Source of the DNA: Trichoplax sp. H2
Lineage: Eukaryota
DNA: 64,000 nucleotides
NCBI GenBank assembly: GCA_003344405.1
Contig: NOWV01000011.1
Coordinates: forward strand, 806,001-870,000
Direction of reading: 5' to 3'
The number at the start of each line of letters is the position of its first letter. The stretch's first letter is position 1. The notes under the pieces were generated by a model. It was given only the letters and a program-made list of their open reading frames with translations, had not been told where the DNA came from and did no database searches. This document shows, piece by piece, positions 12,858 through 26,934 of the stretch. A program made the position numbers and the translations under genes.

Positions 12858-15800
12858 ATGGCCAACGATGAGAATGATGTTAATCAATTGATATTTGATT
12901 TCGATGAAACTTTATTAACCAATAGCTTAACGGATAGTTCTAGCGCAAGTTTAAGTGTTAAAGATTGTGAATCAACTTTGCTCTATCATCACGACGATGA
13001 TGATAGCGAATTAAGTGAAGAAGATGAAGACGATGAACAACAGTGGCGCTTGGATAACATTGGTTCAATTTCCGGTGAACTAAGTAGTAGTCATAACGCT
13101 GCTACCAATAGTTTCAATCAAAAAGTCTCCATTGTCGATAGTTTACTATGTGAAATTTATAACAAGAAAGTTGGCCAAGGAGATGATCTAAATGGTCGTG
13201 ATAGTTTATTAGCCAGCCATTCTGATCATGTTCGTGTAGGAAGAACAACTTCATTCCTTGGAGACGCTAAATTGACCGAAGAAATTTTAAAAACTAAAGG
13301 TAAGCCAACAACAATACGTCAATAAACTCCAACAGCGATCATACAGTCTATACGATCTGATTCTTCTGCCATGTCTTGACTTCCATTGGGATATTTGGCT
13401 TGGATCAATGTTGAAAATTCACTAGTAGATGATGTGTACTTTACAACTAAATAGATGGGACATACTGTACAATTCGTCAACTAGTCGCATATGTGATGAT
13501 AGCTAGAAATAACTGGGCCTCCACCACAACATACACAATGGACAAGAATCATTTCATATTGAATATCGTATCTAATTCAATTTGACATAAAGAAGTGGAA
13601 GTTTAAACATGAGTCTGTCAAGAATTACTCTTTTTATTTTTACTATATACTATTAGGGAGGGAAAGGAGTTGTTTCTATTATTATAATTGCACATTGTGA
13701 TAACATAACTTCATCACCAAGGAAATCAAGTCATGGTACTAGAAAGTTTCCCAATCTCATCCAATAGACCGTAAGATCATCATCAACTTTATCAATACTG
13801 TATACTACAATAATTTACCAAAGCAGTTTGGATAGTTAAATACTTACAAACAACTAGCTTATGGAATACAAAATTTGCTACTGTAGAATAGGGACCTAAT
13901 ACGAGTCGTTGAACTGTACAAAGAATTGAATTTATTGTGGCCCATTCCCAAGTTTATTGGCAAGGTTGAAAATATCCATTTTTCACCTCTCTACTGTATA
14001 ATAAAGCAGAATGTCTTCCAATTGAATAGATTTCAGGATTGATGAATCTTATGTCATGCTGTACGATTTTGATCGTATAGTGTATGTGTAAATATGTTAG
14101 GATTGATTTTATCTTCCTTAGCGGCCAAATCACTTAAATGGCTTTCACACAACATCCGGTTGTATTTTTGAAATTCATTTTTTGCCATACCATTCGCTTA
14201 GGTATTCAAGTATTACAAGCGACGGTGAAAGAGTTACAAGCAAGAACTACTCAGATATCTTCTCGGCTAATTAAAGAATTGAAAAGACGCGATCGTCGAA
14301 AAACTCGACTGAACTTAAATTGCGATCTATTAACTGCAATTATTCAAGCGTGTTCTCTTAAAAGGCGTAAGTAAATCGAGGATATTCTGACGATATGATT
14401 ATTGCGGCACAGTCTTAGTTTATCTATTTAGAATACATTTTAATTAGTATTTCGAAAATGATGATCTGTACGTATGTTGAGAAAGATTATATTATTCTTC
14501 GTTTGGAAAGTACAACTTATGTTATTGGTGTAGTTTAGAGCTAGAAGTTTGAAGGAGTAGCTATCAATCGCCTCTTAGCTTCTCTCGTGATATATTTTCA
14601 ATTTACGACGCATTTAGAGATGCTGACAAGTACTAACGTTGTGTCCATGTCTATTCTTAACATCTTGATCAAGTACCGTATTGATTGTTTGTTGACATGC
14701 ATCAGCCAGCGTACATAATTTGTATTGAACAGTTGGCCCTACCCATGAAATCAGCAATACTGCCTGCATGCTTTTAATAGACATTCATCTGTCTATTTCC
14801 ACTATATTCAATGTTTGATACTATATGCAATTAAGGTGATACAGTTACATACAATCTGATGGGTTTTAAGTATTTAGAATAGATTCCCTTAGTCATTGTC
14901 ATAGTTTACTTAATTATTCATTTAGTTTTATGCTTCATAAAATCGCTCGCTATGTGATTAGCCGTAATATAAGACGGAATAGAACGGATGAGAATTTGAT
15001 GAAATTGTCCATCACACTGCTGGATTCGAAAGATTACATAACTGATTTAAAATGATCTACTAATGGTACAAGATAAATTATTTTCTCTTGGGCTTAAATG
15101 TTTTTGTTTTGACTCTTTTGGCAAAGTGAAATAGGCAAAGTTCTATTATGTAGTGTTTTCGTTTTTACCTTAATTTATTTGAATTCCTGACAAGTCATGA
15201 CGTAAATCTAATTAGATTCCTTTCCGTAAATGAAATATCTTGAGCTAATCAAGTCTTGTCGTTAATAACGTTATATCAATAATAAATTTATGCAAGTCTT
15301 ACCGTTAACCCTTGCTAAGCGATCAAGGGCTAACTTTAATTTGATATTTCGATCGATAGGCATTAGTGACTATTGATTAGACCAAAAATCATTCAATGGA
15401 GCCAGTTTGTATGATATCAAAATTCAGCAACTAGGCGTTCTACTTAGATATCCGTCATGTTTATCCACATAAGCCTTTCATAATATTATTATAACGATCC
15501 TTTGTGATTTGGGTACAACATCGTGCATAAATTGCGATAGAAATTTAAATTACGGACACGTAAATATTGCACGTTAACAAAAGTGAAAAGTCCTATGTAC
15601 AGTTATGTACATTTTACATTAAAATCTTTCTTGTGACTTGTACAACGTAGTAATACAGCCTCGTAAATAAAGTAAGGCAATCGATTTTGGGGATGCCAGA
15701 TTGCAAGTCTGTAAATACATCATGATAACGTTAATTTATTAGCCCTAATTAATCTAGAACTTATACTAAATACTATCGTAACATAGATCCGAACCCAACG

Positions 15801-18800
15801 TGATAAAACTTTTCTTTGCAGGTAATCGACTCATGTCTTGTCGATATCCGGCATAAAAATACCAATGAACAGCTGATCAATTCAAGTTTATCATGTGATA
15901 GTAATCTACTGTATGACTAATAGATTTTATCTTGTTGTAATGAGACTAATAATTTCAGCAAGCATCAGCAGTTTTATAGCACAATTTAAGACTGTAAGGC
16001 ATTTAAAGTTGTTGATTACTTTAAAAATCATAATAATTTCATTTTCAAGGCATGCTATGACCTGATTTCGTACTGTTTGAAGTGGTAATCATAATTACTC
16101 ATTGTAGCATATGATAAGTATGTAAAATAATTCACTCACATGCACAATATACCACGAAACAATATGCTTTAGGTCATTAGCTAATTTCATCGAAATCGTC
16201 TTGCTCTCGAAATTGCCGCCATTTAATATTTCAGTGCCAAAAATTTTTTACTTGTCTTTTTGTAGAGAGTGCAGAGTACATATTTCTTACTTATCGATTA
16301 ATTTATGCAGCATCTTATTGAACCATAATGTTGTTGGAAAGTTGCAGACATTCTCATACATGTTTAATAGAACTGCTCGATACTGTATGTGAATCTATCA
16401 AGTATTAACATACAGTATTTATTGTGCTACAGTATATCGCATTAAAGCACAGAAACTGTGCTACCATTGACTATCGGCCGTTTGCTAACATTTAGATCGT
16501 AGTCTTGGAATTTGATACGGAATGCTTAAGTTATATGTGGTCTTAATAAGAATCTTGTAATATTAACTATACATTGTATAGATATCACACAGGAGGTTAA
16601 ACGTTTTGACTTTCCCCGAAAATGAAGGATAAAAGAATAATATAATTTACCCTTCTGTTCCTAAAAATGAGGATAAAATGAATTAACATAATTACCTATC
16701 TTTTCCAGAAAATGAAGGATAAAAGACTAACATAATTATACTGATCTGTTTAATGATCAAGATATCATATACGATATAGAAGATAATAACTTAATATTGA
16801 CATTGTTGATGCAATAAGTGCATGATTTTATACAGGATTTCATCATTGTTTTAGAACAGCATACTGTGAACAGTTAGAGGATTGCACTTTTATCACAGTG
16901 TCTCTTTTAGCATTATACTGTATAACCTTTTTAGGAATATAAAAGTAAATAGTGCTAAACTAAGAGGTCAATGGTCCCCGAAATGAAGGTTAAGGTCCTT
17001 TAGACAATTGACGTCACCGTTTATTTGAGATATTGTAGTTATAAATGCCTTGTGTGGGCTTCAATTTACATTCTATCGCTGATAGCCAATCTTATTCCAT
17101 CGCTTCCTGAAATACATTGTCTATCATTAAATGTAAAAAATGGAGAATGCCACCTGTTTACTTTTACCTAAATTTTACAATAAATGCCATGGCGCTATCT
17201 ATATGTTTAAAGTGGTGCAAATGTCCTACTTATGTCTTAGTCATACCAACTTTAAACAGTAATTAAAAATTTGCGCTGTTAGCCAATTATATCGCTATAC
17301 CCTCTAGGGCCTACTTATCTTATTACAGTAAGCTACTAATTTGCATGTTATGTGCGGTATATAATGCCTGTTATACAGAGACGACGCAATATTTTGTGTC
17401 ATATTACTTGGAGAAATAGTTCAGAATTGATAAAGATTTTATACCTTACATTTCTTACCGTTGCACTTGCATTTGTTAGTATTGTACCATTCCGACTTGT
17501 ACTTTGTGCTTCATGCCTCTAATACGTAAATTTTCGTTACGACGACGTAAAGGTGAGGATACCCAGTTGAAATTTATACTCAATCCCGCTCGGGGTAAAG
17601 ATGGCTTTCGACAGGTAAATTATCTTTGCAATGCTATTAAATATAGCTTACAAGTCGACTAGCAGTTCTGACTAGAGTTGTTGCGTTATTTTTCCTGTCT
17701 AAATTTTATTAATTTATTGCTTTACATTTCTTTACTATTCCTGCTTCTATCTTGGAATCTTTGCTGCATCATTGGATCTTTTATGCTTGCGACTTTTACG
17801 AAGTGGGTAGAAAGCTGTAAAGCTCTCGTACGACTACCTAATAGCATTCCAACAGAGTGGAGAAAAAAGGTATACATTTTAGGATAGAACAATTGGGACT
17901 TTGTATGTTGATACACTTTTAAATTTTAATTTCTGTGCATAAAAGCATCTTTTTAATCGCCTTACGGTAAATTTTATCGTTAACTACTAGCTTTGGCTTA
18001 GATTAGCTGAAAGCAAACTGACTGGTCATAAATGGGGCCATATAGCAAAATTTGCATTCAATGAAAAGAGCAATCGAGATGATGATAAGCTTGGGCTACA
18101 AATTGTGAAGGTTATTTATTATCTTTCATAGCTTACGTTTGATTTTGGCGATACTGCTATATTCACTGTTTTAATTCTGTGCTATACAATGGTACTGATA
18201 TGTGATATGATATCCTTCACTCAGGACCTGCATAGAACTGGCTATAGCAAGTTCTGTGATAAAAATAGGCCGGAAAATAGAGCGGCTTTAAAAAGGGTAT
18301 TACTCGGTTATGCACGATGGAACAAAGCTGTTGGCTATTGCCAAGGATTTAATGTCATTGCAGCGCTAATACTAGATGTATTTGAGGGAAATGAGGAACA
18401 AGCCTTGAAGGTAATGAAAAAAAATATCTTGCTGCATTAAATGCTAATTGTATGGTTACAGTGCATACAATTAATACTTATATAATAAGAAATCTAAAAC
18501 GATCAAGTTTACGCCATTGACATCGCGGTTTGGTAAATTGTTTTCATGTTTCACGAAAAATATGTCATTGTATATCTTGCTAACATTTCTTGGAACTAAA
18601 TGTCAATTTTTCATAAATTCGCTGCCCCTTAGCTTGAGTAAACAAAATAAGTTGTTATACAGTATTATCGATTTATTAAGATTTTATGCAAAACTGCTTT
18701 TATTTACTTACGCTAATATGATTGACAGGGTAGGATTAGTAACGTACTTCATTCAGCTATACAGTAATAGTAGACAGTATTCTTTTTGGCTGTAATATTG

Positions 18801-20874
18801 ATTCTTTAAAGTATTGATTGAATTTATATTGTTCCGCATAACTTGTGTTATTTACATTATCCCTTAAAATCAGGAAGATAATACCTAGACTAAAGATCTT
18901 GTAAAATATTTCTATCCAACATAGGTTATGATTTACCTAATCGATTATGTGCTCCCTAAGAATTATTTCGCTAACAACTTGCGAGCACTATCAGTCGATA
19001 TGGCCGTATTTAGAGATTTACTTAGAGAAGAAGAGCCAGATTTATGCCAACATTTAGATAAATTACAAGCAGAAGCTGCAGAAGAAGCAGGCAGCGATTA
19101 TGAACCGCCTTTAACAAACGTATTTACTATGCAATGGTTTCTAACGATTTTTGCTACTTGCCTGCCTCGCGACACAATTCTTAGAATTTGGGATTGTGTA
19201 CTTCTCGAAGGATCAACTGTCTTGGTTCGTACATCCTTAGCGTTGTGGTCGATACTCGGAGAGTAAGTACTCTGAATAAACGTTGCACAAGAAGCGCAGT
19301 CGGATTTACTTTATTAATTTGAATACTGCAGATATCTTGTATAAATGTAATGTAATCTTAACTGGATATTTATATCCTTATAGACGTATTTCCGCTGCAG
19401 AAAATGCTCATGAATTTTATAGTATGATGGGATACATTTCACAGAAAATGTTAGAGGGCAGAATTATCGATCGTGATGCACTAATTCAGGTAAATTTTAT
19501 TTAAACTACCGCGACATAACTCGTAAATTTACGGAAAACATAAGTCTTAAGCCTTCGAAAATTGTCAATTCACAAAATATTTTTAATATTCGTCCAGAAA
19601 ATATATTCTAATGGATCCTTCCCTCATCCAATCATCGAAAAACTGCGTGATAAATATACTTACAATATTACGCCGTTTACGTCTTCAACTTCAGAAGTAC
19701 CATCGAAATATTCTACATCAGGTAGCACCGGAAGTACTCGTGATAGTGATGATGATGACGAAAATTACGTTGAATGTCCACAAACTCCGCCGGCGAAGTG
19801 CTTAGGAGGATTTTTTCCATATCCAGAAGAAGGTAATTTTTATTGTGCCTCAATAACTGACTGTTTAGAGTATTTAAAATGAAGAAGCTGGGTAACTTAT
19901 AATTTTAACTAATGCAAATACCGGATAAAGATTTAAAATTGAATTTTTTTGATGCCATCATCTTATTATTAAATGTAGATAAAAATACAGATGGTTTATT
20001 TAAGTATAAAAGGAAATTTAAAAAGAATAAAGAAGAGTCGTCCGCTGCAGGGCGTAAGCAAGCATTTGATAATACCTTTGTTTTGAAGAAGTCAGTTGCT
20101 AAAGAACTAAAGGCTTTACGAAAGCAATACTCGCAAATGAGACAAAAACAAAAGAATATGCAGCTGGTTGCGGAAAGCTCCGGCATGACCTCTTTACCTA
20201 AAGATGATCCGAAGTTAAATTTCGAAGGGTCAGAAGAAAATGAATCTCATGTTATCAATCATTTATTTGTTAGTAAAGGCCAAAAATGGAATCGATTATA
20301 TGGTGGGGGAAAATCTTCAAGTATGAATGCTTATCCACAAGAGCAAAAAATAGGAGGATACGTAGATAAACCTCGCTCGCGTCATATATCCTTAGATGAG
20401 CAAATCGATGAAGAAGACCACGAAAAACTCGGATCTAAGTCTATGACTGACTTTAGTGAAAATAGTGGATCAACGAACGAAGAGAGGAATTTAATCAGCC
20501 AAATAAAACGGACAAATTCTGAAAGTGTATCTGTAAGTAGCGTTTTTGGAAGTGCTGATACCGTATCATCCTATTATTCAGATGAAAGTACGCAAAAAGG
20601 AGTATCAAATTCTGGTCAAAAATCGCGCTTTGGCGTTCCGTTGGCAACCGCAAACTTTAATCCTTTTCCTACTCGAGGTGCATTAGAAGAGAAGCGATTA
20701 AAGAAATCTATTAAAGTCGGAATTGGTCATACGAACGATGTCTCTGGTACTATTATGAATAACTCGGCTGCAAGTAATCGGTCTAAAAAAATTGCTGAAA
20801 TTAATGGTATCCGGGCTATGATACGAATGAATAAATATCCTTCTGCCAAAAGTCTTTCAAACGAGTCATCGTGA
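12858..20874 (+). CDS. TBC1D30: TBC1 domain family member 30 (Rab-GAP), ~871 aa, 10 exons
   Basis: Exons 12858-13299, 14202-14366, 17553-17614, 17804-17869, 17991-18110, 18225-18410, 18925-19262, 19384-19489, 19598-19832, 19979-20874; all GT-AG and in phase. Motifs IVKDLHRTG (Arg finger) and GYCQGFN (Gln finger), plus NNLRALSVDMAVFRDLL, YEPPLTNVFTMQWFLT and KYTYNITPF, match TBC1D30 as I recall it. Confidence 0.93.
16610..16740. repeat. Degenerate minisatellite, ~3 x 46 bp, in TBC1D30 intron 2
   Basis: Recurring ttcc..aaaatgaaggataaaaga.taa.ataatt.ac units. Confidence 0.8.
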
Positions 20875-21964
20875 AAAAAAGTGTTAGATTAACTACAACA
20901 ATCGTAATGCCATTAATAACTTGTCATAAATGTTGAAAATATTTGTTATTAATGTATGCAATGTTACTTGTATGCCCTTAATTTACAACAGTATCAATGA
21001 AAGCAATTTTATTGTAAAAACTATGAAAACAAAAGTATAATATATAAGATAGAGATATGTAAATATGAGATGTGTTTACGTTATTTATTTCATGGAATTT
21101 ATATTAAATTCACAACGCTGCAATTATGATCTGGAAATTTGTTAGTGCTCTCCGATTTGTAAATGTAACTTAAGAAGCTAGACTATAAGTGATTTTTTTG
21201 TGAAGATATTTAAAGATAGTAACTACGCATATGTGGTGATTGCGAAAAAATTGTAGTCTTTGAACTTGTATGAAATACTCCAAAATTTCATTTTACAAAT
21301 CTTGAATTGTTGTCATTGCTAATCGATAAAATTTTATTACGGCAGTTTCAAGCCGAAGTTTTTGAGTCTTGTGCGTCAAGTATCGCTGTTACGGCAACAG
21401 TATATTGGAGGTCACCGATTTCAAGTGATCTATTTATGTATTATCCAAATCTATGTAAATGATATAGTTATGATATTGTTACCTGGTATTAAAATTGTGG
21501 CAGTGTATATTATGCGAGTTATTTATTCGGTTTTACTGTATAATTTTTAATTTATATTATAAAATCTCTATTAACATTATTTATTGCTTAACATTTGCTG
21601 CATTAAGAATTGACCGTGCAGTACGTGTAAATTTTGACCGTTTTAGAGAAGGGATTGAGATAATATTTCTTTATATTTTAGATTAAATTATCATAAGGAA
21701 TAGCGACACCTTTAAAGTTTTATTTCTATTTACGTGATCGCAAAATGCTATTACTGTGAATTTGTAAGTACTTATAACAGCATGTACGTATATAATTGTT
21801 ATTGAAGATATGAGTCAATAAAAATAAAGTATTACCATAATAGCGAGACTTTCATTAAAGAAAAAGGTAGAAAGACAACTTTTATATTACACTACGTACG
21901 ATGATTACTAATTCATCGTAATTTGCATCATTCCAATGAAGAACTTAAATATCGAACCATAGCA

Positions 21965-24900
21965 TCAAATTAAGTCCGTTTGAGAAAAGTATCTGTCAAA
22001 TCATAAAGCAGATAGTACCTTGAGTTGGTATACCTTCTTGCTAACAAAATACGCGTATAATCGTATCAGAAAGTAACTTTTATGAAGTCGTTTAAATTTC
22101 ACCTTGCAACAATGACAATGATTAGGTTTAATGCGGACACTAGGTGATCATCAGTAGCCTAATACAGTAGAATATTTTCAGATGTACCTGTATATGAAGT
22201 TATACATATATGTCATGATCAGTATTACTTTATTTACCAGAGTTTCACGACGTTCTGAGCAATTTCTGGCCAATATCCTTAGCATAGACGTAGTCTCCGG
22301 TAGCAGTGGCTTTTCAACGCATACTAAAAGGGCATACAGCCACTGTCCCTGCGATAAAGTAATGTATGAGGATATCTTATTATAAAAGATATAAAATAGT
22401 TTGCACTCTAAAACATTCACCAGCAGTAGTGCACAACGGTAAGGAAATATGCGGGAAATTATTCACTTACAAAGAGATCTGTAAATTCCTTCTGATTAAA
22501 GCCTTCAGTCAAATTTTCGAATGCTTTTATTAACACAGCCTAAGGATATTTGAAATCTTAATTAAACTCTAAAGGCATGAAATACGAACTTCAACATGCC
22601 TACAATAATATCCATATAAGTAGTTTCTTCTAGTATGCCTAATTTATCTTAATAACTAAAATTAAATTAATATAGTAAACCAACTGTTGTATTACACTAC
22701 TCAATCTACATCGTTCGAATGATCATTAAAGTCAGTAGAAAAAAAATAAAATAATCACACCGTAAGCATATTATTAACTTCGATGATAATTCTAATTATT
22801 ATTTCACCATACTACGATAAACGAACGATTATAATTAATTTTTAACCTACATATTTCATGCTTGCCAATAAAGCTAGTGTTGGAGGATTTCCTCTCTATC
22901 AAAGTTGATTAATGATTATTAACGTAGACTTTCATTCCATGATTTTTGTAACCTAAACTGAATATCCATGTGTAAGTTTAACATGAGTCTGACTTACATG
23001 TTTGTTTGATCCTAAGCAAAAAGTAAGCCAGCCATTTTCATCCTTCATAGCCGGCTGATAGTCCAGTGATCATTTACATAAGCAAGCCATGCATTTATAT
23101 GGAAATAAGATGGATGGAAAAGTGTTATGACGAATGTACACGACAAAATTCTTGGCAAGATACTATAATAGAATAAGCAGCTAATTTGCTTAGCGAAAAG
23201 TACAATAACAAATAGCCTTTAAAAGTAGTTCACTATAACACTTATGGTAAAATTTACACCGTCTTACAAAATTAATATCGATCTTGGAGTTGCTTTTCAT
23301 AAATTTGGCTTTGTATTGCATGAATTTCTGCATAGTAGATAAAACAGAAAATAAAAAATCAGCTTATAGTAGTAACATTCAATAAATGTTTTATACTTGT
23401 TTAACACTGACAGTAGCTAGAGTCGTTAGGATTCTGTTACCGAAGCTATGTATGCAAGTAAAGCCGCGTACAGTATTTTTTAGGCAAGGGAGGGAACTTT
23501 GACAGCTCAAAATAACAAAATCATTTTTATACAGTCCAGTATAACTTGTACCTGCCGATTTTCTGAAAATGTGTGAATTAGAAAATCTTGTATTTCTTCT
23601 GATGGAGGAGTTGGTAGTAAACTGCTACTCTAGACATTTTAATTGATTCACAAGTTAATGATGGAAATATAAAGAGTATATAAGTAAATATATAATTAAT
23701 TGTACTATTACAATCATAATAAATGAATGAATAATTTGTACTACTTATTGAATTAAATTATAATTTTCTTCAAATTGCAATTATAGGCATAGATTTACAT
23801 TGATTACTGTGTAGCTACATTGTAGATACATTGGCCGTATTTGCATCTTATGTTAATCATCTTAAAGACTAGTACCTTCGTGTAGTTTACTGTGCGCCTA
23901 GAATTAAATCGTGAAGAATCGAAATTTTCAGCAACGACAACATCTGGACAATTATTAGCTTCGTGCCTATAAAAGTAAAATTGAATCGCACGATCTCGTT
24001 TAATTAACAGTGTTACCACTATCAAGGAGATAAATTTGAAACTTAGACACTAAATCTTTGCGATCATTTCTATCCATTAGGTTATAATACTTTAAACAAT
24101 AAGTTTACTAGAAATAAATAAATTAAATTATAGGCAGTGAAGGTGCAATTTTTTTACAATCATCAATGATTATCATACAACACCGCGTATCTGCATATGT
24201 AATTTATAAGATTTAATATGTATTTTTATGAACAAAGTAAATACTATAGAGGTATACGAGTAGTATAAAAAAAATTTCTGGATATCCTTGGATCGTGCGT
24301 TAAAGCATTCTGATAGCTAACAGGTTTAACTCTGTATGTAAACAGTTTCATGTGCTACCTTTAATGTTATCAATTTATTGATGGTACTTGGGTACGAGTC
24401 TCATGGTATCTAAATTTGTCGATTGCAATAAACGTAAAGTTTTATGATTGTAGGCTGTTTGGATTTATTTACAAATTCGATATTTAGTCGTTATACATGG
24501 ATAATGTAATCTCTACATTTGTAGGTTTAATAGCATCATTTTTTGGCCTTGCATGCATACAGTACAAGCAAAGAGAAATCAACTAGTACGTCAGAAGATA
24601 CGAACTGAATACAGTATGTAGACCAAAAATAGCATCCACTTTTGCCCTTGCATGCATACGGTAGATGCAAGGACAAATTAACTAGTACGATAGAAGATAC
24701 GAACTGAATACACGACTGTGTGTAGACCAAAAATAGCATCTACTTTTGGCCTTGCATGTATACAGTAGGTGCAAGGAGAAATCAATTAGTGCACAGAAGA
24801 TACGAACTGAATACAGTATGTAGACCAAAAAATAGCATCCATCTTTGGCCTTGCATGCATACAGTAGATGCAAGGAGAAATCAACTAGTACGACAGAAGA

Positions 24901-25734
24901 TACAAACTGAATACAGTATGTGGACCAAAAAATTGCATCCACTTTTGGCCTTGCATGCATACAGTAGATGCAAGTAGAAATCAACTAGTACGACAGAAGA
25001 TACGAAGTGAATACAGGACTGTGTGTAGACCAAAAATAGCATCCACTTTTGGCCTTGCATCATGCATGCAGTAGGTGCAAGGAGAAATCAACTAGTGCGA
25101 CAGAAGATACGAGCTGAATACAGTATGTAGACCAAAAAATAGCATTCACTTTTGGCCTTGCATGCATACAGTAGATGCAAGGGGAAATCAACTAGTACGA
25201 CAGAAAATACGAACTGAATATATAGACCAACTTCAAGTTAGCAGCATTGTACTGCAAGGCTAGCAAGTGCATTGGTTCAACCCTGTTAGAAAGTGCGTAT
25301 TACATTAAAGTATGGTTTTCATTGGATAAAGGAGTAAAAAAGATTCATAGATTGCTTGTGGCCCTATCTCGACATTGCAGTTTATCTCAGAGTCTTTTAA
25401 TCATCTGCCCATATTTCAGATTTATAAGGAAGCAGTATACTGATGTCATTATCAAGCATTCTGGTATGACATCGATTGAGCATCATCCAATCTTGCACAG
25501 TAGCCTACTTGAGGTTGATTGAATCTTAGTGCAGGACTACTGTATTGATGCACCATTGCTTGTGTCAAACAGTCGATGAGGTAATGCAATGTGTAGAATA
25601 ACATCATCTATCTAGTAGCTATCTTACCGAACGTTCATTAAGTAATCCTCAGCGGAAGTTGGTACAGATTGTTGCAGCGATGGAATATTATCTCGACCAT
25701 GATGGTCATCACCTACAGGTAAACATCGCTCCAT
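21965..25734 (-). CDS. GEMIN2: Gem-associated protein 2 (SMN complex, SIP1), ~233 aa, 10 exons
   Basis: Exons 25628-25734, 23876-23966, 23552-23629, 23268-23327, 22998-23054, 22851-22895, 22471-22539, 22238-22348, 22103-22158, 21965-21992. Translation includes [62 protein letters not shown] and [18 protein letters not shown], which are hallmark Gemin2 motifs. Start ATG chosen at MERCLPV. Confidence 0.92.
24529..25230. repeat. Tandem array of ~7 x ~100-bp units in GEMIN2 intron 1
   Basis: Unit ttttggccttgcatgcatacagtagatgcaaggagaaatcaactagtacgacagaagatacgaactgaatacagtatgtagaccaaaaatagcatccac, starting near 24541, 24640, 24744, 24843, 24943, 25047 and 25150. Confidence 0.95.
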
Positions 25735-26934
25735 GGAAACGGCTAGCTGTTGAAAAGAATTCCTTGTATTACAAGGTGTTGAAGGTGAATGAGAGAATTT
25801 AATCAAACTACTGCATTTATTGTCACTTACTGCATCCGTTGAGCAGGTAGGAATAGGAATCTGCAGTAATCTAGAGGAGGAAAATAAGGAATAATTCAAT
25901 CCAGCTACTTGAAAATCATCTAGGCCGACGACCAAAAAGGAAAATACCTCCTCTAGACTCTCCTTTCCTCCATACAAATTCCTATGTTCTAATATCCGGT
26001 ACTCTACTGCTTTCTCTTGTTGCAAGACAGTACTATCACTGAAACATGGCTAAAGCGACTACGATAATTTAAAGTATCTCGTAAATAACTGCTTTCTTAT
26101 AGCTTGAAGATATCATGTTCGCGTTATGCTATAGCAGTACAGGCGTCCGTAGCGACGTCCATTAATTAGAGAGTGACGTAAAGACGTTCTGACGTTTCGT
26201 TCAAAAAAATGACATTCAATAGATCTCTATGAAACATCAATAATGATCTGGAGACTATTGTTTCTGTATAGGTAAAAGATATCATGTTTACGATGGCTTA
26301 TAGACTTCACTTGCAAATTAGATGTCGTCATCTATACAATTCTTTATGGAGTACCTTAAACATGATCCAATGTTGTATAGATTAGTTGGTGCTGAATTAG
26401 AAAAGCAATCTCGTCATACAACACCAATCTTCAAGCTAGAAACTTGCTTTCTTTTATAGCATTAATTTGCTAATGACGAATTTAAATGATGTGCGCATCC
26501 AATTTGTCTTCTATATGTTTTTGAAGACAAATTAGATCGACGTGTTATGATGGTAAATAGGCTAAGAAGTAGCTCAGTTCTTGATATAGGAACGCAAACA
26601 TGAGCGTCTTGCTATACAATTACTATACCGTATTGAACACATTCTATCCTGGACCTCCTTCATTAACTACAAGCCGAAACTCTACATTATATACTGTAGA
26701 GTTAAGTGAAAATAGTATCGGAAGATTCTATTACAGTGCATACTATGGTAGAATTGGTAGTATAAAGTACCCTAGACTGCTAAGCGAGTGACCCTCTTGA
26801 CGTCTCAATCGCGACGTCGTACAACGTTCCGGCGGATTCCATAGAAACGGATACGAATACTCAATGCAGCTAGCTAATGGACTCCTGCAAGGTTTAATGT
26901 CGCTTTTCCTTGCCACTATTCAACTGGATTAAAA

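Noticed and set aside
24529-25230. Arrays at 24.5-25.2 kb and 42.7-43.8 kb as CRISPR arrays or repeat-protein genes
   Set aside because: The units are homologous over their whole length with no unique spacers, there are no cas genes, and the context is eukaryotic. The overlapping ORFs occur in several frames and are repeat artefacts.
25735-26025. N-terminal extension of GEMIN2 implied by ORF 25624-26025
   Set aside because: It has a non-ATG start, no Gemin2 similarity upstream of MERCLPV, and internal donor and acceptor signals that suggest a 5'UTR intron.
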